A DNA stretch of 32,000 nucleotides from Caldimicrobium thiodismutans (GTDB lineage Bacteria; Desulfobacterota; Thermodesulfobacteria; Thermodesulfobacteriales; Thermodesulfobacteriaceae). Below the pieces are notes generated by a model, which was given only the letters and a program-made list of their open reading frames with translations, ran no database searches and had not been told where the DNA came from. A program made the translations under genes and the position numbers. Location of the stretch: assembly GCF_001548275.1 (NCBI RefSeq), contig NZ_AP014945.1, positions 1,590,001-1,622,000 of the forward strand, in the 5' to 3' direction. The number at the start of each line of letters is the position of its first letter. Position 1 is the first letter of the stretch. Positions 7,978-17,067 of this stretch are shown one piece after another.

Positions 7978-10776
7978 ATGGATTGGAAGGATACCCTAAA
8001 TTTACCCAGAACGGATTTTCCCATGAAGGCTAATCTTACAGAAAGAGAGCCAGAGTTTTTGCGCTTTTGGGAGGAAAACTCTATTTATAATAAAATGCTT
8101 GAAAAAAGACAAAAGAGCCCTTCTTTTATTCTGCACGATGGGCCTCCCTATGCTAATGGACACATTCACTTAGGGACAGCCTTGAACAAAATCCTTAAGG
8201 ATATAATTATCAAAAGTAAGACCCTTTTTGGTTTCTATGCTCCCTATGTGCCTGGCTGGGACTGTCATGGATTGCCCATTGAAATCAATGTAGAAAAAGA
8301 GCTTAAAGTGAAAAGAGGAGAGCTTCCTCCTTTAACCATACGGGAGGCCTGCCGCAGGTATGCTGAAAGGTTTATTAATATCCAGAGGGAGGAATTCAAA
8401 AGACTTGGGGTCTTAGGAAAATGGGAGGTTCCTTATCTTACCATGAGTCCTGAATACGAGGCAGTGATTGCCCGAGAATTTTTAAGGTTTCTGGAATCAG
8501 GGCAGGTCTACCGGAGAAAAAAACCTGTTTTTTGGTGCCCCACTTGTGTTACCGCTTTAGCTGAAGCTGAGGTTGAATATGAACCTCATACCTCTCCCTC
8601 CATCTTTGTTAAATTTCCTCTTACTGATGAAACCAAGACTACCCTTGAAAAGAAACTTGGCCTTAAAATAGATAAACCCCTTTACATCCTTATCTGGACA
8701 ACTACTCCCTGGACCTTACCGGCAAATTTAGCCTTAGCCTTTAATCCTGATTTTGATTATATTATAATTGAAATTAAAGGAGAGCTTTTGATCCTTGCTG
8801 AAGGTAGACTCTCAGCCCTTTGTGCTGAGTTAAACTGTAATTTACCTCCCATTTTAGCTCGCTTTAGGCCAGATTTTCTTGAAGGCCAGAAAGCTAAACA
8901 TCCCTTTTACTCAAGAGAGTCTCTTATTATTCTCGCAGATTTTGTTACCCTTGAGACAGGAACGGGAATTGTTCACATTGCCCCAGGGCATGGTGAAGAG
9001 GACTATCTGGTTGGTCTTCGTTATGGCCTTGAGGTTTACACACCTGTTGATGTAGAGGGAAGATTCTATAAGGACCTTCCTTTAGTTGGGGGCCTTAAAC
9101 TTGATGAGGCCAATGAGGTTATTTTGGATGAGTTAAAAAGAAAGGGGCATCTTCTTTACTCTGACAAGATTTCCCATAGTTATCCCCATTGCTGGAGATG
9201 TAAGAAACCCGTTATTTTCAGAGCAGAAGACCAGTGGTTTATCTCTATGACAGCCAGAGATTTAAGAAAAAAGGCCTTAGAGAGCCTGGATAAGGTAAGA
9301 TTTATCCCTGCCTGGGGAAGAAATCGCCTTGAAAGTATGCTTGAGAGAAGGCCAGACTGGTGTATTTCACGGCAGAGGGTCTGGGGGGTTCCCATAACCG
9401 TTTTTAAGTGTAGTAACTGCGGAGAGTATCTGAAAGATTACAGATATTATGAAAAAACTATTGCCCTTTTTGAGGAAAAGGGCTGTGACCTCTGGTTTGA
9501 GACCCCTGTTGAAAGGCTCTTGCCTGAAGGAACAACCTGTCCCGCCTGTGGAGCTTCAACCTTTGAAAAGGAAAAAGATATCTTAGATGTATGGTTTGAC
9601 TCAGGGGTATCTTTTGCAGGGGTCCTTGAAAAAAGAAAGGAACTTAAATTTCCAGCTCAACTTTATCTTGAAGGCTCAGACCAACATCGGGGATGGTTCC
9701 AGAGCTCTCTTCTTTGCTCAGTTGGAACAAGGGATATTCCTCCTTATGAGGCTATACTAACCCATGGCTTTGTAGTAGATGGTAAAGGAAGGAAGATGTC
9801 TAAAAGTTTGGGAAATGTTATACATCCTCAGGATATAATTAAAAAATATGGAGCGGAAATATTACGCCTTTGGGTTTCAGCTGAAGATTATCGGGATGAT
9901 ATAAAAATTTCTCAAGAAATTTTAGATCGTTTAGTGGAGACCTATCGTAAGATAAGAAATACCTGTAGATTTCTGCTTGGGAATCTCTATGACTTCAATC
10001 CCGCTTCCCATCTTATTCCCTTTGACAGGCTCCCCTCCTTTGAAAGATATATTCTCCATAGATTATCAGAAAGCCTTAAGAAGATAAAAAGGGCTTACGA
10101 AAATTTTGAATTTCACTTAGTTACTTATGAGATTCATCGCTTTTGCACAGTTGAGCTTTCTTCTCTCTATATTGATATCAATCGGGATTACCTTTATTGT
10201 GAGACTAAAGATAGTTTTAAAAGAAGGGCTACCCAGACTGTCCTTTATTATGCCCTGGATACCTTGGTAAAGGTTATGGCACCCATTCTTTCCTTTACTG
10301 CTGAAGAGATCTGGCAATTCTTACCCTATCCAAAAGAGGAAAAATCTGTATTTTTGGCAGATTTTCCTGAATTGAACTTTGAGATAACTGAAGGAGAGTT
10401 AAAACATTGGAAAGAGGTCTTGCTTTTGAGAGAGGAATTTCTCAAAGCCCTTGAAATCGCAAGAAAAGATGCCAAGGTTATTGGAAGCTCCTTAGCTGCA
10501 GAGGTTTATTATTTAGCACCCGGGGAGTATAAGGAACTTCTTTCTAATAAGGACTTCTGGGAATATTTTTTAATGGTTGCCAATTTTGAGGAGGGAGAAC
10601 TTTTTAACGAGGGCATAGCCTATACATCAGAAGAGATAAAGGGTTTAAGGATTTTTATTAAGGAGACCACTTATAGAAAATGTGAAAGATGCTGGCAGAG
10701 ACGACCTGAAGTAGGAACCCTCGAAAATCAAGAACTCTGTAAGAGGTGCTTTGAGGTGGTGAATGCTTCTTTCTAA
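7978..10776 (+). CDS. ileS: Isoleucyl-tRNA synthetase (type 1, C-terminal zinc-binding)
   Basis: HIGH motif (PYANGHIHLGTA), KMSKS (KMSKSLGN), editing domain, and C-terminal CERCW...CKRC. Start set at ATG 7978 behind GGAGGAG. The ORF track starts at an upstream TTG (7957). Confidence 0.95.
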   Translation: MDWKDTLNLPRTDFPMKANLTEREPEFLRFWEENSIYNKMLEKRQKSPSFILHDGPPYANGHIHLGTALNKILKDIIIKSKTLFGFYAPYVPGWDCHGLPIEINVEKELKVKRGELPPLTIREACRRYAERFINIQREEFKRLGVLGKWEVPYLTMSPEYEAVIAREFLRFLESGQVYRRKKPVFWCPTCVTALAEAEVEYEPHTSPSIFVKFPLTDETKTTLEKKLGLKIDKPLYILIWTTTPWTLPANLALAFNPDFDYIIIEIKGELLILAEGRLSALCAELNCNLPPILARFRPDFLEGQKAKHPFYSRESLIILADFVTLETGTGIVHIAPGHGEEDYLVGLRYGLEVYTPVDVEGRFYKDLPLVGGLKLDEANEVILDELKRKGHLLYSDKISHSYPHCWRCKKPVIFRAEDQWFISMTARDLRKKALESLDKVRFIPAWGRNRLESMLERRPDWCISRQRVWGVPITVFKCSNCGEYLKDYRYYEKTIALFEEKGCDLWFETPVERLLPEGTTCPACGASTFEKEKDILDVWFDSGVSFAGVLEKRKELKFPAQLYLEGSDQHRGWFQSSLLCSVGTRDIPPYEAILTHGFVVDGKGRKMSKSLGNVIHPQDIIKKYGAEILRLWVSAEDYRDDIKISQEILDRLVETYRKIRNTCRFLLGNLYDFNPASHLIPFDRLPSFERYILHRLSESLKKIKRAYENFEFHLVTYEIHRFCTVELSSLYIDINRDYLYCETKDSFKRRATQTVLYYALDTLVKVMAPILSFTAEEIWQFLPYPKEEKSVFLADFPELNFEITEGELKHWKEVLLLREEFLKALEIARKDAKVIGSSLAAEVYYLAPGEYKELLSNKDFWEYFLMVANFEEGELFNEGIAYTSEEIKGLRIFIKETTYRKCERCWQRRPEVGTLENQELCKRCFEVVNASF

Positions 10777-11227
10777 AATGAAATCCTTTTATCTTTCAGC
10801 CCTTGTGGTTTTTATATTAGATAGGGTGACTAAGTATTTAATCCTCAAGGCGGGTGATTTCTATTATGAGGTCTTACCTTTTTTAAGCCTTCTTAAGGTC
10901 TGGAATAAAGGCATTGCCTTTGGTTTTATGGGAGCTAATCCTAACCTTTTTTCAACCCTCCTTTTAATAGCTATCCCTATAATATTAATTTTTTTATTGC
11001 TCTTTGCCCAAAAAGCCGATACTAATAGTAAAATAGCCTTTGGAATGATCTTTGGGGGTGGTCTTGGAAACTGGTTAGACCGAATGACCTTTGGAGCAGT
11101 GCTTGATTTTATTGATATTCACCTGGGTAGATTCCATTGGCCAGCTTTCAATATTGCAGATGCAGGGATTTCTTTTGGATTAATCCTTTTAATAGTGAGC
11201 TATGTATTTAAGGATTATAGAAAATAA
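10763..11227 (+). CDS. lspA: Lipoprotein signal peptidase (signal peptidase II)
   Basis: 154 aa, four hydrophobic segments, NKGIAFG and FNIADAGISFG motifs, and classic ileS-lspA linkage (14-nt overlap with ileS). Confidence 0.9.
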   Translation: MLLSKMKSFYLSALVVFILDRVTKYLILKAGDFYYEVLPFLSLLKVWNKGIAFGFMGANPNLFSTLLLIAIPIILIFLLLFAQKADTNSKIAFGMIFGGGLGNWLDRMTFGAVLDFIDIHLGRFHWPAFNIADAGISFGLILLIVSYVFKDYRK

Positions 11228-13100
11228 ACCTCTATTTCGCTTGCTCTTTAAGACAAGAGCAGAAGATGTTTGGGCTCTTCTTGAGGATCTTCTTCTTAAA
11301 CATTTTGAAAAGAAAAATATTTTTCTTTTTGAGGCTCAACCTGAAAAGATTTATCATCTTAATGAAATCATACATCAGTTAAAGGATATATTCCAGAAGG
11401 AGCTAACTTCTGCTCCGCCACCTTATGTGTTTTTTCTATCCAAGAAGAATCAGCCCCCTCCCCAGAGCTATCTCTTAAGGCCTGGTAAGATATATTTTAC
11501 TTCTGATCTTAAAAAGGATCTTCAAGATGCCCTTTCAGAAATTAAGCTTTTTTTTAAGATTGAGGGCTTAAGGGAAGATCTTTTAGAACTGGTTTTACCA
11601 GCAACCTCTGAACCCAATTTGATCTTACCTTACAAAGAGATCTTTTTTAGTCCAAAGGATCAAAAATGTTTTTTCTGTAGAACCTATCTTCATGAAAGCC
11701 ATAATTGTCCAGGTTTAGAGGTTATTGATATTTATAGTTCCTATAGCAAACTTCTAAATTATTCTCTAAGAGAACTATCTGAAAAAATTAAGGCTAACCT
11801 TTTAACAGAGGAACCTCAAGATGAGATTTTATCTCTTTTTTTCAGCCGAAATTTTTATCTTTTTCCCTCTTTTTTGAGGGTTGTTTTTTATCTTTATGGG
11901 GAAATTGATAATTTTTCCATGTTAGGACTTAACTTTTCTTTACCTGTAAAAGGTGGAGAGCTCTCTTTGGCTCTTGAAGATCTTATTCATAGACGCTTTG
12001 AACAGGCTGAAAGAAGATTTAAAGCCATTGAAGAGGAGGATTTCAGAAAAGAACTCGGGCTATCACAGATAGAGTTTTTTAAGGGTGATTTTAATCGGGC
12101 CCTCTACTATTTAGAAAGTGCTTTAAGTATGGTGAATACCCCTTTTTTGAAGGGTTTTATTTATTTTTATAAAGGATATATCTATCATTATCTTGGTGAT
12201 CCCTTTAATGCGGAAGAAAATTATAAATTATCCCTGAAGGAGGATTCAAGTTTCTTTCCCTCCTTTTATTATTTGAATCTTCTTATTTATGAGAGAGAGG
12301 AGCTGGTTGAGAAAATTTTTCCCTTTTTCCAGCACCCCTATGTTATTTATCTTTCCTTTCTTGAACCTGTTTTTATAAAGCATCAAAAGGTTTTAGAGGA
12401 ATATTTAGAAAAGGCTATGGATAGAATTAGAGAAGAAACAGTTGAAAGACTCAAAGAGGCTGAAGATAAGTTTCATAAAATCAAAGACATTATGCTTGAG
12501 GAAGAGATCAGTGAAATTAATGAAAAACTTAGGAAAATAAGAAAAGAGGCCTATGAGGGAGGAATTGCTTTAGTTGAAAAGGCAGGAAAGCGGGCTATGG
12601 AATTAGCTCTGGAACTCAATGGATACATTTTTTCAAAACTTAAAAAATATCAGAAAGAACTTGCTTCTTACAAAGATCGCTATCAGATTTTGGTTGAGTT
12701 CTGGAATAAATACCCCTATAAGGCAGAAGATGTCTATTTTGGCCAAAGATTAAAGAGCTCTTATGAGATAATGGATAAACTTAGCAAGTTGATGAAACGC
12801 TCGGAGATAGCTAAGGAACTAAAATTTATTGGTAAAGAAATAACAAAACTCAAACAGCAATTAGAAGATCTGGGAAAGTTAAAGCCTATGCTTGAAAAAA
12901 AGTGGAAATTTAGAAAAAAACTTGTCAAATTTATAAGGAATTTTTCTTTAGCTGAAGCTGGGCTACTTTTAATTTATATAATTCCTATGTTTTATCAAAA
13001 TTTAAATCTTTTGGGTCCTTTTTTGAGTTTACCTTATTTTTTCCTCTTTTCTTTTTTACTTTTTTTGATTGTCTTAATCTTGGTTCAATTTGAAGATTGA
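11202..13100 (+). CDS. Hypothetical protein: CCHC-like knuckle, TPR-like region, long coiled coil, C-terminal membrane anchor
   Basis: 632 aa. Contains CFFCRTYLHESHNC, TPR-like repeats (ALYYLESAL..YKGYIYHYLGDPFNAEENYKLSL), a K/E-rich heptad region, and a hydrophobic C-terminal tail. Overlaps lspA by 26 nt and is followed immediately by pabBC. Confidence 0.6.
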   Translation: MYLRIIENKPLFRLLFKTRAEDVWALLEDLLLKHFEKKNIFLFEAQPEKIYHLNEIIHQLKDIFQKELTSAPPPYVFFLSKKNQPPPQSYLLRPGKIYFTSDLKKDLQDALSEIKLFFKIEGLREDLLELVLPATSEPNLILPYKEIFFSPKDQKCFFCRTYLHESHNCPGLEVIDIYSSYSKLLNYSLRELSEKIKANLLTEEPQDEILSLFFSRNFYLFPSFLRVVFYLYGEIDNFSMLGLNFSLPVKGGELSLALEDLIHRRFEQAERRFKAIEEEDFRKELGLSQIEFFKGDFNRALYYLESALSMVNTPFLKGFIYFYKGYIYHYLGDPFNAEENYKLSLKEDSSFFPSFYYLNLLIYEREELVEKIFPFFQHPYVIYLSFLEPVFIKHQKVLEEYLEKAMDRIREETVERLKEAEDKFHKIKDIMLEEEISEINEKLRKIRKEAYEGGIALVEKAGKRAMELALELNGYIFSKLKKYQKELASYKDRYQILVEFWNKYPYKAEDVYFGQRLKSSYEIMDKLSKLMKRSEIAKELKFIGKEITKLKQQLEDLGKLKPMLEKKWKFRKKLVKFIRNFSLAEAGLLLIYIIPMFYQNLNLLGPFLSLPYFFLFSFLLFLIVLILVQFED

Positions 13101-14883
13101 GAGAATGTTTGGAAACTTCCTCTGGGTCTCAGCAAAGAAAATTCCCTATGAAGAATATTTCTTTTTAGAGCCTGAGGATGAAATACTTTTGCAGGCTAAT
13201 GCATCCCTTGAGGAGATAGAGGAATTTTTTAAAATTCTCCAGAGTAAAGTTAAAAAGGGGTTTTATGCCCTTGGATTTTTAACCTATGAGCTTGGCTATC
13301 TTTTTGAAAAAAGATTACTTCCTCTATTCCGCAAATCAGATCTTCCTTTAGCCCATTTTGTCCTCTTTAAAACCATGCAAAAAAAACTCCTTTTTCCCAT
13401 GGAGGGAACTCCTTTATATAAGATAGAATCTCTTATTTTTGATTTGACCTTTGAAGAGTATCTTCAGGCTATTCAAAAGATTAAAAAATACATAGCCTCT
13501 GGGGACACCTATCAGGTTAATTTTACAGCCAAGTTTAAGTTTACTTTTCAGGGAGATCCCTGGGAGCTCTTTTGGGCCCTTCTTTTTTCTCAGAGATGTG
13601 AATATGCCTGTTTTTTTAGAACTCCTTCCTATACGCTCATCTCTTTATCTCCGGAGCTTTTTTTACAAAAGAAAGGGGAAAGGCTCTATAGTGCCCCCAT
13701 GAAAGGAACTATTAAAAGAGGTTTTCGGTTAGAAGAGGATCAAAGAAAGAGGCGGATTTTGAGGGGGGATTTAAAGACCCGAGCAGAAAATGTTATGATT
13801 CTTGATCTTTTGAGAAATGACCTGGGGAGGGTCTCCAAGGCAGGGTCAGTTTGGGCTAAAGAAGTCTTTAAAATTAAAACTTATCCAAGTCTTCATCAAA
13901 TGATCTCGGGGGTCACAGGTAGGCTTAAAAGTAATTCTCTTTTTGAGATAATGCAGGCCCTTTTTCCCTGTGGCTCTGTAACAGGAGCTCCAAAGATTCG
14001 CACTATGGAGATTATTGCAGAACTTGAGAAGGAACCTCGCAATCTCTATACCGGGGCTATGGGCTATATCACCCCAGAGGGAGATTTTACCTTTAATGTG
14101 GCCATAAGATCAGCTTATTTAAAACCTATTAATGAAAATTTTTATACTGGAGAACTCGGGGTTGGGGCAGGTATTGTCTGGGATAGCAACCCAAGGGATG
14201 AATATGAGGAAACAAGGCTAAAAGCTAATTTTTTCTTATGCCCCCTGCCTTATTTTAAACTTTTTGAGACCTTTCTCTGGGGAAAAGATTTTCCAGGGCT
14301 CTATTTTCATTATCAGAGATTAAAGCGGTCAGCAAAGTTCTTTGCCTTTAAAATACCTGAGGAACTTAAAAGCTTTGAAAGATTTCACGCCTTTTTAAAG
14401 GAGAATCTTCCCCAAGAAGACTTTCCCCTACGAGTTAGGTTCACTTTATCTCCTGAGGGTAAAACAGAGTTTTTTGTGGAAAAAATGGATGCACCTTGCT
14501 GGGCTGAGAACTTAAAGGTTGGTTTAGTGAAGCGAAAAAACCCAAGAAGTGTTTTTCACTTTCATAAGACCACGCAGAGAGAAGAATATGACCTTTGGAG
14601 AGAAAGGGCTCAAGCCTTAGGTTTTAATGAGATTATTTTTTATAATGAAAAAACAGAACTTCTTGAGGGCACTATTTCTAATGTTTTTGTAAAAATAGGA
14701 GATAAATATTTAACACCACCTGTTGAATTAGGGCTTTTACCTGGAGTATTAAGGGAGGCTCTGATTAAAGAGGGGCTTGCTAAAGAAGAAATTATAAAAA
14801 TTGAAAATCTTGCTGAGAATGAGTTCTGGATTGGAAATTCTTTACGAGGGCTTGGTAAAGTAAAAGAATGGGTTATACTATAG
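13090..14883 (+). CDS. pabB: Fused aminodeoxychorismate synthase component I (PabB) / aminodeoxychorismate lyase-like class IV aminotransferase (PabC)
   Basis: Chorismate-binding motifs SPELF, PMKGT, GAPKIRTMEII, YTGAMGY. The C-terminal 200 aa carry class-IV aminotransferase motifs (EGTISNVF, LPGVLRE). The track start is TTG 13090; an alternative ATG lies at 13105. Confidence 0.85.
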   Translation: MKIERMFGNFLWVSAKKIPYEEYFFLEPEDEILLQANASLEEIEEFFKILQSKVKKGFYALGFLTYELGYLFEKRLLPLFRKSDLPLAHFVLFKTMQKKLLFPMEGTPLYKIESLIFDLTFEEYLQAIQKIKKYIASGDTYQVNFTAKFKFTFQGDPWELFWALLFSQRCEYACFFRTPSYTLISLSPELFLQKKGERLYSAPMKGTIKRGFRLEEDQRKRRILRGDLKTRAENVMILDLLRNDLGRVSKAGSVWAKEVFKIKTYPSLHQMISGVTGRLKSNSLFEIMQALFPCGSVTGAPKIRTMEIIAELEKEPRNLYTGAMGYITPEGDFTFNVAIRSAYLKPINENFYTGELGVGAGIVWDSNPRDEYEETRLKANFFLCPLPYFKLFETFLWGKDFPGLYFHYQRLKRSAKFFAFKIPEELKSFERFHAFLKENLPQEDFPLRVRFTLSPEGKTEFFVEKMDAPCWAENLKVGLVKRKNPRSVFHFHKTTQREEYDLWRERAQALGFNEIIFYNEKTELLEGTISNVFVKIGDKYLTPPVELGLLPGVLREALIKEGLAKEEIIKIENLAENEFWIGNSLRGLGKVKEWVIL

Positions 14884-14914
14884 ATTTTAAAATCAAGGGA
14901 AGGAGGAAGGCCTT

Positions 14915-16015
14915 ATGAGTCAAAGAACTTATCAGATTGCCGTTATGCCTGGTGATGGGACTGGCCCAGAGGTCATTCGGGAAGGGGTCAAAGTTCTCGA
15001 GGCTGTAGCCAGAAGATTTAACCTCAAGTTTAATTGGAATTATTTTGACTGGGGTGGAGATAGATATCTTAAAACAGGAGAAACTATTCCTGCAGGGGGT
15101 ATAGAGGAGCTTAAAAAGCATGATGCCATCTATCTTGGTGCCATTGGCCATCCTGATGTTAAACCAGGAATCCTTGAAAAAGAAATACTTCTTAGAACCC
15201 GTTTTGAACTTGACCAGTATGTTAATTTAAGGCCTGTAAAGCTTTACCCCGGGGTATGGACTCCCATTAAGGATAAAGGTCCCGAAGATATAGATTTTGT
15301 TGTAGTAAGAGAAAATACCGAAGGTCTTTATGCTGGAGGAGGGGGCTTTTTGAGAAAGGGGACTCCTTATGAGGTTGCAGTGCAAGAGTCCATCAATACT
15401 CGCATGGGAGTGGAAAGATGCATCCGTTTTGCATTTGAATATTGCCGAAAGAGAAACAAGAAGAAAAAGGTAACCCTTGTGGGGAAGACTAATGTTTTGA
15501 CCTTTGCCTGGGATCTCTGGTGGAGGGTCTTTCAGGAGGTTGGTGAAGAGTATCCAGATATTGAAAAAGATTATGCTCATGTGGATGCCACTTGTATGTG
15601 GTTTGTGAAAAATCCGGAGTGGTTTGATGTGATTGTAACCGATAATATGTTTGGGGATATTATTACAGATCTCGGAGCTATGATCCAGGGAGGAATGGGA
15701 ATTGCGGCAGGGGGAAATATTAATCCCCAGGGAGTCTCAATGTTTGAACCGATTGGAGGATCTGCCCCCAAATATACGGGTAAGAATGTGATTAATCCAC
15801 TGGCTGCTATTTGTGCAGGTATGATGATGCTTGAATGGCTTGGGGAAAAGTTTAAAGATCAGGCCTTAGTGGATGCCTCTTCAGCTATAGAAAAGGCAGT
15901 AATTAAGGTTTGTAGAGATCACTTAAAGAGTCTTTCAGCAGGAAAAATGGGCTATACAACTCAAGAGGTTGGAGATTTAGTTGCTAAATACTCCGAAGAA
16001 GGAGTTGATCTATAA
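14915..16015 (+). CDS. Isopropylmalate / tartrate dehydrogenase family oxidative decarboxylase
   Basis: 366 aa. [50 protein letters not shown]. The closest resemblance by eye is to the TtuC/DmlA-type branch, but a LeuB role cannot be excluded. Confidence 0.85.
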   Translation: MSQRTYQIAVMPGDGTGPEVIREGVKVLEAVARRFNLKFNWNYFDWGGDRYLKTGETIPAGGIEELKKHDAIYLGAIGHPDVKPGILEKEILLRTRFELDQYVNLRPVKLYPGVWTPIKDKGPEDIDFVVVRENTEGLYAGGGGFLRKGTPYEVAVQESINTRMGVERCIRFAFEYCRKRNKKKKVTLVGKTNVLTFAWDLWWRVFQEVGEEYPDIEKDYAHVDATCMWFVKNPEWFDVIVTDNMFGDIITDLGAMIQGGMGIAAGGNINPQGVSMFEPIGGSAPKYTGKNVINPLAAICAGMMMLEWLGEKFKDQALVDASSAIEKAVIKVCRDHLKSLSAGKMGYTTQEVGDLVAKYSEEGVDL

Positions 16016-16020
16016 ATTTT

Positions 16021-16046
16021 GGGGGCTTTGCCCCCTTTGATTTTAT
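16021..16046 (+). terminator. Rho-independent terminator after the dehydrogenase gene
   Basis: GGGGGC-TTT-GCCCCC hairpin (16021-16035) followed by TTTGATTTTATT. Confidence 0.7.
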
Positions 16047-16196
16047 TCAAAGGTATCTACTTTATCTACGGGATTCTCCTTCATTATCTGGGTTAAGAAT
16101 TGATTTTATTTGAGAAAAATTAAAAAGGCTATAAAAGTAAAAATTTATAAATTGGAAGCAAAAATTAAGTGTTCAGGGAGGAATTAAAGATTTTAA

Positions 16197-16553
16197 TGGT
16201 GGAGGCGGCGGGAATTGAACCCGCGTCCGAAGATAGTTCAGATTAAACCACTACAGGCTTAGCCTGTGGAGGAATCTCGTAGAGAGCTCGTCACAGGCAC
16301 CGAAGCCCTCTACCAGGCAAGAGGTATCTTGGAAATTCCTGTCTTGCCACCAGGAATCCCCAGAGCCTTCCTTGGTCACGCCCCTTGAGGCCGGAAGGCA
16401 AAGCACTCAAGGAACGAGGCTGCACTTAATTAAGCAGCCTGAGCGTAAGCGTATTCGTTGGCAATTGTGTTTTTGCACCCTTTTTAACGTGGCGAGTGCG
16501 ACCACGGCCTGCGATTTAACCCTACCTATCCCCGTCGAGCCCTTTTCGCCCCC
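16197..16553 (-). ncRNA. ssrA: tmRNA (SsrA), one-piece, CCA-encoded
   Basis: The minus strand begins GGGGGCGAAAAGGGCTCGACGGGG and ends GGACGCGGGTTCAATTCCCGCCGCCTCCACCA. The acceptor stem has a G3:U pair. The tag reading frame GCC AAC GAA TAC GCT TAC GCT CAG GCT GCT TAA (16462-16430) encodes ANEYAYAQAA. Confidence 0.95.
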
Positions 16554-16573
16554 ATCTTTTTAAAGAACTAAAA

Positions 16574-16603
16574 TTAATATAAAACCTTTAGGTAAAAATT
16601 CAA
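16574..16603 (-). promoter_or_regulatory. Candidate promoter for ssrA (TTGAAT-18-TATTAA)
   Basis: The minus strand reads TTGAAT (16603-16598), an 18-nt spacer, then TATTAA (16579-16574), about 20 nt upstream of the mature tmRNA 5' end. The -35 box sits 5 nt beyond the conserved end of repeat copy B. Confidence 0.3.
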
Positions 16604-16608
16604 GCTCT

Positions 16609-16890
16609 CAAATTGCCTCATTAAAAATCTATTTGAAATTTTATCGTTGCCTCATATAAAAAATCTCAGCTCCTCTCTTGAACCTTCACGAAAAAACTAT
16701 CTATTTCGCCCCTCTTAAAATTACAAGCTTAGTTCTTTCGCAAAGCTTATTTTAAAGGAAAGAGGGCTGGAAAAGTAAAGGAGCTTTAAAGAAAGATAAG
16801 GAGATATCAGAAAATGTTTGAAAGAGCATACTTAGAAAAAAAGTATTTATTCCCAGGAAAAATTGACAGGAAAAAAGAGGGGGTAAAAAT
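16609..16890 (+). repeat. Intergenic cassette, copy B
   Basis: Shares exact runs of 37 nt (CATATAAAAAATCTCAGCTCCTCTCTTGAACCTTCAC) and 35 nt (TTTCGCCCCTCTTAAAATTACAAGCTTAGTTCTTT) with the reverse complement of copy C. Its left block is shared with copy A. Confidence 0.85.
16863..16890 (+). promoter_or_regulatory. Candidate sigma70-type -35 (TTGACA) at the right end of copy B, facing fliK
   Basis: TTGACA at 16863-16868, homologous to the box in copies A and C. The -10 is less clear (GTAAAAAT at 16883-16890, short spacer). Confidence 0.3.
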
Positions 16891-17051
16891 GAGCATAAGT
16901 TCAGATCCTTACAAGAAAAAGGAAGGGTTGATCTTTCATGAGAATCATTTGAAAGACATACATTTCCAGGGGAAATAGAAAATTTTTCCCAGAAAGGAAA
17001 ATTTTTCCAGTCCAATTCCTGAGAAAGCTTGATTTTTCTTATTTTTTCGAT

Positions 17052-17067
17052 TGGCATAAAGTTTGAT
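17052..17067 (+). promoter_or_regulatory. Candidate sigma54 (-24/-12) promoter upstream of fliK
   Basis: TGGCATAAAGTTTGAT has GG and the -12 G at the canonical 12-nt spacing of TGGCAC-N5-TTGC. However, the -12 reads TTGA rather than TTGC. It lies about 42 nt upstream of the fliK ATG. Confidence 0.3.

Noticed and set aside
16372-16563. 63-aa plus-strand ORF.
   Set aside because: It lies entirely antisense within the tmRNA gene and is an artefact of the structured RNA sequence.
16814-16978. Short ORF inside the cassette with an AAGGAGA RBS and a conserved N-terminus M(L/F)(E/Q)R(A/V)YL(K/E)KK in all three copies (ATG at 2086, 16814, and 23185 on the minus strand).
   Set aside because: Reading frames diverge by indels after about 10 codons, giving lengths of 25, 54 and 18 aa with different sequences. 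There is therefore no evidence of selection for a protein. It could be a decayed remnant, which is noted under the cassette finding.
16752-17057. 101-aa minus-strand ORF spanning cassette copy B and the fliK leader.
   Set aside because: Low-complexity F/L/S-rich translation with no RBS. It is not preserved in copies A or C and overlaps predicted promoter elements.
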